Assembly: GCA_049903315.1 (NCBI GenBank)
Contig: JBNGBT010000009.1
Coordinates: 1-64,000 of the forward strand
Origin: Candidatus Cloacimonadota bacterium
GTDB lineage: Bacteria > Cloacimonadota > Cloacimonadia > JGIOTU-2
DNA: 64,000 bases
Direction: 5' to 3'
Under the pieces are notes generated by a model. It saw nothing but the letters and a program-made list of their open reading frames with translations, was not told where the DNA came from and searched no databases. A program made the translations under genes and the position numbers. Below, one piece after another: positions 29,150 to 40,000 of the stretch (position 1 is its first letter; every line of letters starts with the position of its first letter).

Positions 29150-30907
29150 TTAATCAAATCTGTAGGAAAGTAAAACGGAAATTGTCGTTTGGGTGAAATC
29201 GCTCTTATAATACACAGGATTCACATATTCTCCCTGCTCTGCAAGTGCGATGTTCTCTTCATTCACATTGCAGTCAGTATATCGGAAGCCAAGTTCTGCT
29301 TCAAGTTCGGGAAGAATCTCATAGGAGCATTTCAAGGAAAAAGTGTTTTTTGTATATTGATGTCCATAGAGAAATTTCTCCACTGGCGGGATCTGATATT
29401 GATATTTTATGCTGTCCTGCGCTCCTTTCCTGTACAGAGAGTAATCTGCAGAAAATTTTAATTTGCTATTGAGCTGATAATCAACTCCGAAATATAGGTT
29501 ATCGGCATTCTGTCCTGTCCAGTAGCCCATCCAGTAATCATCTGAAGTGGCAAAATTTATAGGGAATTTATGTGTGTATACCCAGGGATTCAGGTGAGTA
29601 TATTCGATGCGAAAATCGAGTCCTGTCATAAAGGGTTCGACGAGGTATGCGCCAAGCTGGTATGCAACATAATTATGGGACTCATTTTTATTGAAAATTT
29701 TTGATAATGCGATCTCGTCAATCAGCAGAGAGCCGTATGTCTTGATGCCGAAGAAGGGGATCCACTCGTAATCCAGTCCGATCATTTCATTATCCTGGTC
29801 ATTGGTATAACGCTGTGCTGACCAGAAAAGCATAATGGGAATAAAATATACAAACTCGGCATCGCGTTCGCCATAGTAGAGAAGCTCGCTCAGCCCAAAG
29901 CTGAATTTGTCAGAAGGTGCAATCTCAAGCCGGTGCGCTGCCACATATTTCTTTTTATAGAATTCTCTTGCATACACCAGGTCGCCACCATAATTACTCC
30001 AATAGGAAGTGCTGTCATCAATGATATTGCTTTCCAGCCAGCCGTGAAAATAGACGAATCTTAACCAATCATTGAATTTTGCTCGTACCATAATTTGCGG
30101 GTAAGATGGCGCTTTATTGCTGAGAGAGACAGAGCCCGTGTGTCCGCATCCCCAGAAATTCGAGAATCTTCCGATCGTTATATCAGCATATTTTGTAGAG
30201 AATGAAACTGCTGCATCCACTTCTTCATAGTAGTAACTGCCATCGCGCTTGTGCTCAACGCCTATTCCCTGCTGGGGACAATCAATTTTCTTTACATCAA
30301 AGATATTTCCACGAACGGCATTGTTTACTCCATCAAATGAGAATCCTATATTATCGCCAAGATAGCCAAAGATATAACCACCGCCAGTAAGCCGCTGGTA
30401 ATTTTCGGTAAAGGTCGATGTGTCGCTGCTGTTATAATGATATTCCGCCTGGAATTTCGGTTCAAAAGAGATATAGCTGTCTCCGGAGTAAAATTCGTAG
30501 GGAAATTTCAGAAGCTTCCATTTTTCATCTTCAATATATGTCGTATCTGCTTCTTCATCAAAAAGCACATTGATGAAATCTTCAATGAATTGGCTGGAAA
30601 GTTCCTCCATGCTTGGGGTATATTTACTCTCATAGGAAAATTCTTCCAGAAATCTTTCAAGCTGCTCAATATCCGCAAGAGAAAGGTTTACATACTCATC
30701 ATAATCATCTATGCGGACAAGATATTCGCGGATATCCGTCCTCGGCATGGGCTTTATGCCATCATAGTAGCGTCCTGTCATACCCTTGACCTGCATCCTC
30801 TCCAGAAAATCATAGACATCATTTTCAAGAGGAACCAGCACGACCTGTGCAGAAAGAGTGGTGCAGAAAAACGTAATGAGCAATAACAAAATAAAGTTCT
30901 TTTTCAT
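29150..30907 (-). CDS. Outer-membrane protein, capsule assembly Wzi-like
   Basis: Signal peptide from ATG 30907 (aagga RBS); WG.G..GS..LS..AP.YP, AHRLE, DNEMIG.D, LLIDE; C-terminal SYRFD. Confidence 0.65.
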   Translation of the reverse strand: MKKNFILLLLITFFCTTLSAQVVLVPLENDVYDFLERMQVKGMTGRYYDGIKPMPRTDIREYLVRIDDYDEYVNLSLADIEQLERFLEEFSYESKYTPSMEELSSQFIEDFINVLFDEEADTTYIEDEKWKLLKFPYEFYSGDSYISFEPKFQAEYHYNSSDTSTFTENYQRLTGGGYIFGYLGDNIGFSFDGVNNAVRGNIFDVKKIDCPQQGIGVEHKRDGSYYYEEVDAAVSFSTKYADITIGRFSNFWGCGHTGSVSLSNKAPSYPQIMVRAKFNDWLRFVYFHGWLESNIIDDSTSYWSNYGGDLVYAREFYKKKYVAAHRLEIAPSDKFSFGLSELLYYGERDAEFVYFIPIMLFWSAQRYTNDQDNEMIGLDYEWIPFFGIKTYGSLLIDEIALSKIFNKNESHNYVAYQLGAYLVEPFMTGLDFRIEYTHLNPWVYTHKFPINFATSDDYWMGYWTGQNADNLYFGVDYQLNSKLKFSADYSLYRKGAQDSIKYQYQIPPVEKFLYGHQYTKNTFSLKCSYEILPELEAELGFRYTDCNVNEENIALAEQGEYVNPVYYKSDFTQTTISVLLSYRFD

Positions 30908-31016
30908 TGGCTTCAAATCCTTAGCAATGTAAGCAACATCAAATGCCATATATTTGTTGTCAACAAAATCAAAGCCCCTAAAATATTGTCATTCTAAAAA
31001 ATATGGGGAGAAAAAC

Positions 31017-32198
31017 ATGAAAGTCCGCTCATTTACAAAAGATGATGTGAACAGTTATGCTCAAATGGTGAGATACTGTTTTAATATGTCTCAAAAAGAT
31101 TCTGAGCAGTACGCAAAGGGGATCATAAAATTCTGTCGAGGATTTGTTGCAGAAGAAAATGGTACTGCGTTTTCCGCATCCTTTTACTATCCCTTTCACC
31201 AGAATATTCACGGGAAAAAATTCAAAATGGCCGGGATCGGTGGAGTCGTAACAATGCCGGAAACCCGTAACCGCGGGATGGTTCGTGAGCAATTCGGGAT
31301 CATGCAGAAAGACATGCAGGAACAGGGTTATTTGACCTCGTGTCTACAACCCTTCAAGCCGACCTATTATCAAAAGAAATTCGGCTGGGCAAATGCATCG
31401 CAAAGACTGGAAAGCAGAATCGAAGTATGCGATATAGCAGAGACAAAGGAAGAATTTGAGTTTATTAGAATTGATAGTCCATCACCGAAACACTTTTCAG
31501 ATATTGAAAAGGTCTTCACCTCACTTTATAACGGCTCCTCCTACAGGGATTCCCATTTCTGGACAGAAGATATCATGTTCTGCTGGGGACAAACCAAAGA
31601 GCTTTATTATTACCTGATCAGACATGGAGGAAAGGATGTTGCATATCTTATATTTTCATATCAGAATTCAAAAAAAGAATATGGTGTTGATCTGATTGTG
31701 CGTGATTACGGATATGTAGATTACATTGGAGCAAAGGGGCTTTTTGCACTTTTTAGAAAACACATAGATCAAGCCGGTGAGGTTGTTATCTCTCTGCCCG
31801 AGAATTTTGATTTGTATCATTTTGCACCGTGCAATCTTCATTCTGTCATGTGGAAATCATTTATGATGTTCAAGGTAGTCAATGTGAAAGAAGCAATGCT
31901 TCACTACCCCATTCCAAAGAATATTGCGTTCGATTTTGAATTGCAAGTTCCTGACCCGATACAACCAGGCGAGCGGTCCTCCCTTGTATTTCAAATAGAT
32001 AAGGGGAAGATCAAACTCATAGAGAAATCAACTCATACTCTGAAATGCCCGATCGATTCATTCTCCCGCATGTTCATCGGCAGAAATTCTATTTATGACC
32101 TGATAACCTATGGTGAAGCAGAAATATCAAAAGAGATAATAGAAAATATAGACCGTTTGTTCTCAAAGGACATCGTGTTTATTAAAGATATGTTTTAA
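31017..32198 (+). CDS. Eis-like GNAT acetyltransferase
   Basis: AGIGGVVTMPETRNRG, L.PF...YY..FGW; SCP2-like C-terminus; start moved to ATG 31017 (ggggag RBS). Confidence 0.8.
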   Translation: MKVRSFTKDDVNSYAQMVRYCFNMSQKDSEQYAKGIIKFCRGFVAEENGTAFSASFYYPFHQNIHGKKFKMAGIGGVVTMPETRNRGMVREQFGIMQKDMQEQGYLTSCLQPFKPTYYQKKFGWANASQRLESRIEVCDIAETKEEFEFIRIDSPSPKHFSDIEKVFTSLYNGSSYRDSHFWTEDIMFCWGQTKELYYYLIRHGGKDVAYLIFSYQNSKKEYGVDLIVRDYGYVDYIGAKGLFALFRKHIDQAGEVVISLPENFDLYHFAPCNLHSVMWKSFMMFKVVNVKEAMLHYPIPKNIAFDFELQVPDPIQPGERSSLVFQIDKGKIKLIEKSTHTLKCPIDSFSRMFIGRNSIYDLITYGEAEISKEIIENIDRLFSKDIVFIKDMF

Positions 32199-32207
32199 AG
32201 GAGTTCA

Positions 32208-33281
32208 ATGAAAAGCAAGGTGTACTTCATCGATTTTCACACGACATTTCAGCGCTCGATCTTCGATAAGATCGGGGATGCACTCTCGCAGGCAGGATTC
32301 AAAGATATCATTCGGGAACATGACAAAGTTGCTGTGAAAATGCACTTTGGGGCAGAAACAAATTTCGGTGTGATCAATCCTCGGTATGTGCGGTATTTTG
32401 TGAACCGGATCCTCTCGCTCGATGCAAAGCCCTTTTTGACTGACACGAATACTCTCTATGCCGGACAGCGTGTGAACAGTATTGATCATACCAATTTGGC
32501 AATTCAACATGGTTATGCGGAGTCTGTGGTAAATGCGCCGGTCATTATTGCTGACGGACTTGTCGGGCAAAGTGACGAGGTGGTTAGGGTAAATACAAAA
32601 GAAACCAAGGAAGCATTTATTGGAAGTGATATTCATCATGCAGACGCAATACTTGCACTCACTCATATGACAGGGCATGAAGCAGCCGGTTTTGGTGCTG
32701 CGATCAAGAATATCGGCATGGGGTGCGCATCTCGAAAAGGGAAACTTGCGATGCATAGTACATCCAGACCTGTAATCAGTGCGGACAGATGTATCGGGTG
32801 CGCCCGTTGTGTGCAGTGGTGCCAGGTACAGGCAATCAGTATAAAGGAGGATGGCAAGGCACACATTGATGAAAATCTATGCACCGGGTGCAGTATGTGC
32901 ATTTCTGTTTGCCCGTTCAGCGCAATTGGAATTAAGTGGAATACCTCTGCAGATTTCCTTAACACCAAGATCACTGAATATTCTCATGCCGTGACGTCTC
33001 ATAAAAAAGACAAAATGTTTTATGTAAACTTCATTAATAACCTCACCAGTCATTGTGACTGCATGAATATTCACGGAGAGCACCTTTTGCCGGACATCGG
33101 CATTCTCTTTTCAAAGGATATTGTCGCAGTTGACAGAGCTTCGATCGACATAATCAATGAGAAGGCAGGGAAAAATCTTTTTGAAGAGCTCTTTCCTGAT
33201 ATTAAATTGGAACATGTGTTTTCATATGCCGAAGAGCTTGGCATGGGTTCACCTGAATATGAGCTGGTTAAGATCAAGTAG
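32208..33281 (+). CDS. DUF362 protein with 2x[4Fe-4S] ferredoxin domain
   Basis: KMHFG, DTNTLYAGQR, CIGCARCVQWC, CTGCSMCISVCP, CDC. Confidence 0.88.
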   Translation: MKSKVYFIDFHTTFQRSIFDKIGDALSQAGFKDIIREHDKVAVKMHFGAETNFGVINPRYVRYFVNRILSLDAKPFLTDTNTLYAGQRVNSIDHTNLAIQHGYAESVVNAPVIIADGLVGQSDEVVRVNTKETKEAFIGSDIHHADAILALTHMTGHEAAGFGAAIKNIGMGCASRKGKLAMHSTSRPVISADRCIGCARCVQWCQVQAISIKEDGKAHIDENLCTGCSMCISVCPFSAIGIKWNTSADFLNTKITEYSHAVTSHKKDKMFYVNFINNLTSHCDCMNIHGEHLLPDIGILFSKDIVAVDRASIDIINEKAGKNLFEELFPDIKLEHVFSYAEELGMGSPEYELVKIK

Positions 33282-33298
33282 CGCAAGATTCTGATCTT

Positions 33299-33359
33299 GA
33301 GTACTCAACATCCGTTTTCATTTCATTACACCGAGACAGGTCGGAGTGTTGAGTTACTC
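33299..33359. repeat. Imperfect long hairpin, REP-like or small-RNA candidate
   Basis: gagtactcaacatccg...cggagtgttgagttactc (two bulges). Confidence 0.5.
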
Positions 33360-33567
33360 TTATCTCTTCACTCCTCGCTTAGTCGCTCTACTCTCTACGC
33401 TCCATTCTCAATGAAAAATTCCTGACTGTGCATTTAATTATTTGTCAAACTATACCTTCTTCTTAGGTTATGAGTATGCGAATAATTAGTTATGATAATA
33501 ATTTGACAGAAAATCACAGCATTCAAATATCTGTGGTTCAAAACACAAAAGAATAAGGAGTTTCTAT

Positions 33568-35616
33568 ATGATTCGATTAACTCGTTCTCTGATTATTGTC
33601 TCGATTTTATCAATTTTGGTATTAGCGGGGTGCGAACTTGGAGAAAAGCAAAAAGATAAATCTCAAGTCCTCGCACAATGGGATGGGGGCACGATCACGG
33701 AAAAGGTCTTTAACGCACGCCTTGATCAAATACCTCAATTTTATCGTCCCCGCGGCGGCTTTACTGTCGAGCAAAAGCAAAAATACCTCGATGACTATTC
33801 AATCGAAGAGATCTTCTATATTGAAGCATTGAGCAAAGGAATGGAAAACACTCAAAGCGCTCAGGAATTCTATCGTCAGAATGCTGAAAGAGTCATTCTT
33901 GATAAGTACTACCAGGAACAGATCAAAGACAAGATCAAACCTACTGATGCAGAGCTTATGGCATACTATGAAGCGCATAAAGATGACTTCTATAAAAAAT
34001 CTCCAACAGCCACACTTTTGTATATAGAAACCAAGACGAAAGAAAATGCAGACGCAGCATACCAGGAGCTGGTCTCCGGCAAAGATTTTGTTGAGGTAAT
34101 GAACGTATATACCACAAACGAAAATCTTAAGAAAAAAGGTGGGAAGATCACGAATATCAGAAAAGGCGGTTATATTCCCAATATCGGTAGATCAGAAGAA
34201 CTGGATTCCCTCATTTTTATTGCTGAAGTAAATGACATCATCCCGCCGATTCAGTTTAATGATGCGTATCACATAGTAAAAGTTGCTGATCTCGACATGA
34301 GCACGATACGCCCTTATGATGAAGTCGAAAAAGATGTGAGCAGCAGATATGCAAGCGAAAAGGAGCAGGAACTCCGCACAAAGATACTCGACAAATTATT
34401 CCTGAAATACGCTATCTCAATAGACACACTTGCTGTTAAGGACATAGATTTCCAAGAAGCCGACTCCTCTGACATCGCTGGAAGTGTTGTACTCATTGCA
34501 TCTTCGGTTCCCGAACTTGTGTATACAGCAAAAGATTTTGCCCATGAGGTCAGCATGTTCCCGATGGAAAGAAAGCAGCTCCTTCAGGAAGCAAATGCAA
34601 AGATCGATTTCGTCAACGAAAAAGCCAATAATAATGTGCTGTATCATGATGCGATAAAGAAGGGGTATGAAAATCATCCTGAAATCGCAGACGAGCTTCG
34701 CAGAGCTAAAATGATCGGTGCTCTTCGAGAATATTATAAGCAATTTGTGGTCGACGCAGCAGTGATTCCTGAAGAAGAGATCGTGAAAGCGTATGAAGCA
34801 GATAAAGAAAAACGCTATGTGAACAAGCCCCATGTAAAAGTGCAAGAATTTGCATGCGAAAACCAGGTTACTGCCGATTTCTTACTCTTTAAAGCCAAGG
34901 AAGCACAAACTGATGATGAACTCAATGGACTGATTAAAGAATACTGTGTAAAAACGAAGAATAACGGTGTGATCGGTCCCATTTATGAAGGCGGCATGAT
35001 CCCCGGAGTGGGAAGAGATGAAATCTATCTTGAAAAAGTATTTTCAGTTCCCGAAGGTTCGTTCAGCGATGTGTTTGAAGACGCAAAAGGAAACTGGGTT
35101 TTCTTTAAGGTCGTAGAATTTACTCCGAAATCATATCGCAACATCGATGATGTCCGCGCTGAAATTGAAACCAACCTCACGAGAAAGACTCAACAAGACC
35201 TCTTCGAAAACCTGAAAACAGAGATGCGTCAGAAATATAATCTCGTAGTTTATCCTGAACGTCTTGAAGAAAAACTTCCTGTTGATTCTCTCTTCACTCT
35301 TGCCGAAGAATCCATGACACAGAAAAACTATGCCCGTGCAAACTACTACTATGACAAAGTAATCGAAGACTATCAGAACGGACAGGATGATTATAAAGCA
35401 AAATTCATGAAGGGTTTCATTTACTCCGAATACCTGAAGAATGACGCAAAAGCGATCGAGATGTTCACAGAAGTACTTACCTATCCGAAAGAAGGAACAG
35501 AGACAGATACGACACTCCATCCCTCAGCACGCTATATGCTGAAAGCTCTGACCGGTGAGGAAGATATTCTCGAGAAGATCAATCAGCAGTCCGAACAGAT
35601 GAATACTGATAAATAA
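33568..35616 (+). CDS. Lipoprotein foldase with tandem SurA/PrsA-parvulin modules and C-terminal TPR
   Basis: Lipobox LAGC; internal duplication (KGGKITNIRKGGYIPNIGR / NNGVIGPIYEGGMIPGVGR); TPR-like AKFMKGFIY. Confidence 0.75.
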   Translation: MIRLTRSLIIVSILSILVLAGCELGEKQKDKSQVLAQWDGGTITEKVFNARLDQIPQFYRPRGGFTVEQKQKYLDDYSIEEIFYIEALSKGMENTQSAQEFYRQNAERVILDKYYQEQIKDKIKPTDAELMAYYEAHKDDFYKKSPTATLLYIETKTKENADAAYQELVSGKDFVEVMNVYTTNENLKKKGGKITNIRKGGYIPNIGRSEELDSLIFIAEVNDIIPPIQFNDAYHIVKVADLDMSTIRPYDEVEKDVSSRYASEKEQELRTKILDKLFLKYAISIDTLAVKDIDFQEADSSDIAGSVVLIASSVPELVYTAKDFAHEVSMFPMERKQLLQEANAKIDFVNEKANNNVLYHDAIKKGYENHPEIADELRRAKMIGALREYYKQFVVDAAVIPEEEIVKAYEADKEKRYVNKPHVKVQEFACENQVTADFLLFKAKEAQTDDELNGLIKEYCVKTKNNGVIGPIYEGGMIPGVGRDEIYLEKVFSVPEGSFSDVFEDAKGNWVFFKVVEFTPKSYRNIDDVRAEIETNLTRKTQQDLFENLKTEMRQKYNLVVYPERLEEKLPVDSLFTLAEESMTQKNYARANYYYDKVIEDYQNGQDDYKAKFMKGFIYSEYLKNDAKAIEMFTEVLTYPKEGTETDTTLHPSARYMLKALTGEEDILEKINQQSEQMNTDK

Positions 35617-35640
35617 AGCAATTGCATCCTTACATATATA

Positions 35641-35671
35641 AAGCGGAGCTTTTCGGAGTTCCGCTTTTTTT
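35641..35671 (+). terminator. Intrinsic terminator
   Basis: aagcggagct-tttcgg-agttccgctt followed by a T run. Confidence 0.85.
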
Positions 35672-35756
35672 AATTGCATGCAACACTCACCATTATAAAA
35701 CTTGACACGGAGAAGTGCAATGATGCATAGAATTACAAAAATCTCAGGAATATCAC

Positions 35757-36860
35757 ATGGCAAAAGTACAATTAGATAAAGTTACAAAAATTTACGAGAA
35801 CAGCTTTGTGGCAGTAAAAGAAGCGGACATTACTGCGGAAGACAAAGAGTTCGTCGTACTGGTCGGACCATCCGGCTGTGGAAAAACAACCACACTACGC
35901 ATGATCGCAGGACTCGAAGACGTGACGTCCGGCGATATCTATATCGGGGACAAAGTCGTGAATAATGTGCTTCCCAAAGACAGGGACATCGCAATGGTGT
36001 TCCAGAACTATGCACTCTATCCACACATGACCGTGTATCAGAATATGGAATTCGCTCTTAAGTTGCGCAAAACTCCAAAAGACGAGATAGAGGGCCGCGT
36101 AAAAACCGCTGCAGGGCTTCTTGGTATCGAGCAGCTCCTGGACAGGAAACCAAAGCAGCTTTCCGGCGGTCAGCGCCAGCGCGTGGCTTTGGGTAGAGCA
36201 ATTGTGCGCCAGCCAAAAGTGTTCCTTTTTGATGAGCCCCTCTCCAACCTCGATGCAAAACTCCGCGTGCAAATGAGAGCCGAGATCATCAAACTGCATA
36301 AGAAGCTCGAAACAACTATTATTTATGTAACCCATGACCAGACCGAAGCCATGACCATGGGTGATAAAATAGTCGTTATGAAGGACGGACTCATTCAGCA
36401 GATCGATTCTCCAATCAATGTGTATAACCATCCGACCAATAAATTCGTTGCAGGATTCATCGGAAGCCCGGCGATCAACTTCTTTACTGGTAAGATAAGC
36501 AAAAAGGATAGCCACCTCCATTTCGATTTCGGCACCTTCTCAGTAAAAATACCTGACACATATGATGATTCTATAAAAGATTATGAGGGTAAAGATATTA
36601 TCATGGGAGTGCGTCCCGAAGATATCTACCACAAGAAGTATTCCTCAAATGCGGAAATTCCTGCGGAAATGAAAGCAATGGTCGAGGTGGTGGAACCCCT
36701 TGGCTCGGAATTCGTGGTGAATTTTGAAACTGGTGACACGATCTTTACAGGACGTCTCGAACCCAAAGAAGAACCAAAAATGGGTGAAACCATGGACCTT
36801 GTATTCGACATGAAAAAGGTTCATTTCTTTGATAAGGAAACCGAAGAGACGATTGTGTAG
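35757..36860 (+). CDS. Sugar ABC transporter ATPase (MalK/MsmX/UgpC family), stand-alone
   Basis: [41 protein letters not shown] tail. Confidence 0.93.
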   Translation: MAKVQLDKVTKIYENSFVAVKEADITAEDKEFVVLVGPSGCGKTTTLRMIAGLEDVTSGDIYIGDKVVNNVLPKDRDIAMVFQNYALYPHMTVYQNMEFALKLRKTPKDEIEGRVKTAAGLLGIEQLLDRKPKQLSGGQRQRVALGRAIVRQPKVFLFDEPLSNLDAKLRVQMRAEIIKLHKKLETTIIYVTHDQTEAMTMGDKIVVMKDGLIQQIDSPINVYNHPTNKFVAGFIGSPAINFFTGKISKKDSHLHFDFGTFSVKIPDTYDDSIKDYEGKDIIMGVRPEDIYHKKYSSNAEIPAEMKAMVEVVEPLGSEFVVNFETGDTIFTGRLEPKEEPKMGETMDLVFDMKKVHFFDKETEETIV

Positions 36861-37013
36861 GAATTTCTAAATCCTAATTTCTAAAGATTTATGTAATACA
36901 TCCCGTTGGAAGTTTTACGCGTAAAATTAAAGGGGTACAGTCGTTACACGAAATTATGTAAATCAGAGTAAATTAAGTTTTAATTTAGATACTCGTATAA
37001 AGGAGAAAATATA

Positions 37014-40000
37014 ATGAACAGGTTAATTATAAAAACTTCTGACTACTTCAAAATAATCACCTTATTATTGGTCTCATTCCTTCTCTTATTTTGTTCCTGT
37101 GCAACAAATAAAGGACAGAATGTTGATTTTTGGATTGAGAGACTCGATCATCAAAATTACAATGAACGATATAAAGCAGCAAAAAAATTAAGAAAGTTGA
37201 GTGATAAAAAAGCAGTTTTACCATTAATCAATGCCCTTATTGAGTATAATGATAATTGGAAATTTAGACAAGTAATAATAGAAACATTAGTTAATATTGG
37301 TGATGAGGCTGTCGAGCCCCTTATTACTGTTCTTAATAATGATGATGAAGATGTTAGATATTCTGCCGTAATAGCATTAGGTAAAATAGAAAACACACAA
37401 GCAATTGAACCATTAGTCACACTTCTTTTAGATGAAAATGTATATGTTAGAAAATACACGGTGGAAGCTTTAGAAAATCTTAGTTGGGAACCAAAATCAG
37501 ATTATGATAAGGTTGTTAATCTTTTTGCTAAGGATAATAAACAAGATTGGATAATTTTATCTACTAACCTCTTAAAGCAATTAGTTGATGCACTCAAATA
37601 TGATAGTTGCCGAATAAGAGTTTCCGCAGTCTGGGTATTAGGTGAAATCGGAAATCCAAATACAATTGGACCACTTATCGAGGCATTAAAATGTAAGGAC
37701 GAGAAAGAAAGGGAAGTAGTAGCGAATGCATTAGTAAAATTTGGACATGAGGCTGTACTCCCACTCATTATCGCGCTCAAATCTGATGATTATAACACTC
37801 CAATATGGGCAACATGGATATTGGGAGAAATAGGAGATCCTCGTGCAGTAGTACCACTTATTGAGTCAATAATAGATAATAAAACCAAGTACCATTATGA
37901 AGAAAAAGTAGAAGATGCATTAGTGAAAATTGATTATTTGTCTATATATCCATTAATTTCTTCACTTAGAAGTAATGATAATGATGTGAGAATAACAATA
38001 TCTAATGTATTAGGTAGGGTAAGAGATAGTAATGCTATTGATCCACTTATTTGTACTCTCCAGGATATGGAAAGAAATGTTAGAGAATCTGCTGCGAGAG
38101 CTTTAGATAATCTAAATTGGCAACCACAATCTAATTACCAAAAGACTATATATCTGATAGCAAAGGGTAATTGGCAAGAATGTGTGGAGATAGGTGAAGA
38201 TGCTGTGGAACCATTAATTTATGCTCTTAAATATGATAAAGATAATTACCGTATCAGGCTTTATGCTGTTTGGGCATTAGAGGATATTGGAGACCAACGA
38301 GCTATTGAACCTCTTACTGCTGTTCTAAAGGATAATGATCCAAAAGTCAGAGAATCTGCTGCGAAAGCTTTAGATAAACTAAAGTGGAAACCACAATCTA
38401 ATAAGCAAAAAACTATTTATCTGATAGCAAAAGGAAAATGGCAAGAATGTGTAAAGATAGGCACAGATGCTGTTGAACCGTTAATATCTTCATTTAAATA
38501 TATACATAACAGTAATTTAACGATAACTTTAAGCGGAATGGGATCATTTGCGATAGAACCACTCATTGCTGCTCTTGAAGATAGTAACGATTATATTAGA
38601 GCTGGTGCTGCAGAATCACTAGGGAAAATAGGTGATCCTAAGGCAGTGGATCCGCTAATCAAGTTACTACAGGATGAAATTAGATTTGTTAGAAATTATG
38701 CAGCTGAAGCTTTGGATAAACTAAATTGGGAACCGCAAACAGATTATCAAAAATCTATCTATTTTATTGCAACGGAAAGATGGACGGATTGCAAAAATAT
38801 AGGAATTGGATCAGTAGAAACACTGATTAAAACTCTTAACAACAATAATTCCTATATAAGAGAAAGGGTAGCGGAGATTTTGGGTGAAATTGGAGATTTG
38901 CGTGCAGTTGAGCCACTCATTATTGCTATGGAAAAAATGGATTATCTATATAATACTAGCCCAGAATATGCAGAAGCATTAGGTAAAATTGGTGATCCAA
39001 AGGCAACAGAACCATTAATTAAGGTTCTCAAAGAAAATGACACATCTCTAAACAATATAGATATAAAAGTTGCAGCAGCAATTGCATTAGGGAATATTGG
39101 TGATCTTAAAGCAATGGAGCCGTTAATTGAAGTTCTCAAAGATAAGTATCCGGATTTAAGGGCCGCTGCTGCAGAAGCATTAGGAAAGATAGGAAATCCA
39201 AAAGTAATAGATAAACTTATCGCACTTCTTTACGATGATAATTTTAATGTAATTTCAAAAACAATTGAATCACTACAATATCTGAGGTGGACACCCCAAG
39301 ATAATTATCAAAAAATTTTATGTCATATTGTAATGCAAGAATGGCAAGAGTGTGCAAATTTTGGCGCAGATGCAGTTGATCCTCTTATTAAAGCAATTAG
39401 AAATTGCTCACAGTATGATTATTATAAAAGAAAAAAAATGATCTATTCTTTATCGCAAATAGGCCAACTATCAGTATCTCCACTTATTTGTGCTCTAACT
39501 GACAGCAATGAATATTTAAGACAGAGTGCTGCTGAAGCTTTAGGATTGATAGGAGATTCACTTGCCGTAGAGCCACTAATTGCAACACTTGATGATAAAA
39601 TTGGAGATGTGAGAGGAAGTGCTGTGGAATCTTTAGGTCTTATAGGGGATACAAGAGCTAATGATCCTCTTTTAAAAATACTTAAGGATGATGATGAATG
39701 GTTCGTTAGAAGTAAAGCTGGTATAGCATTAGGTAAAATGGGAAATAGAAATATCATTCCAAGATTAGAATATTTATTAAAAAGTTGGTATTCAGGTATA
39801 TATGCATTAAATGCTCTTAGAATGCTAAAGTGGGATCAACAAACATTATCAGACACAATTCATGTTTTAGTAGCAGAAAGAGATAAGGTTAAATTATTAC
39901 AGATGTGGGATAAAGCTAAGATGATTTTGCTCAATGATATCATATCAAATAATTATCTCACTGTCGAAAATGCTTTGTATGGATTCATTGGCATTGGTAA

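Noticed and set aside
36862..36885. Direct repeat aatttctaaa x2 as a target-site duplication
   Set aside because: Both copies are on the same side of the insert; short and AT-rich
36991..37017. actcgtataa resembling a XerC/pdif arm
   Set aside because: No XerD arm; the spacer is simply the RBS of the HEAT gene
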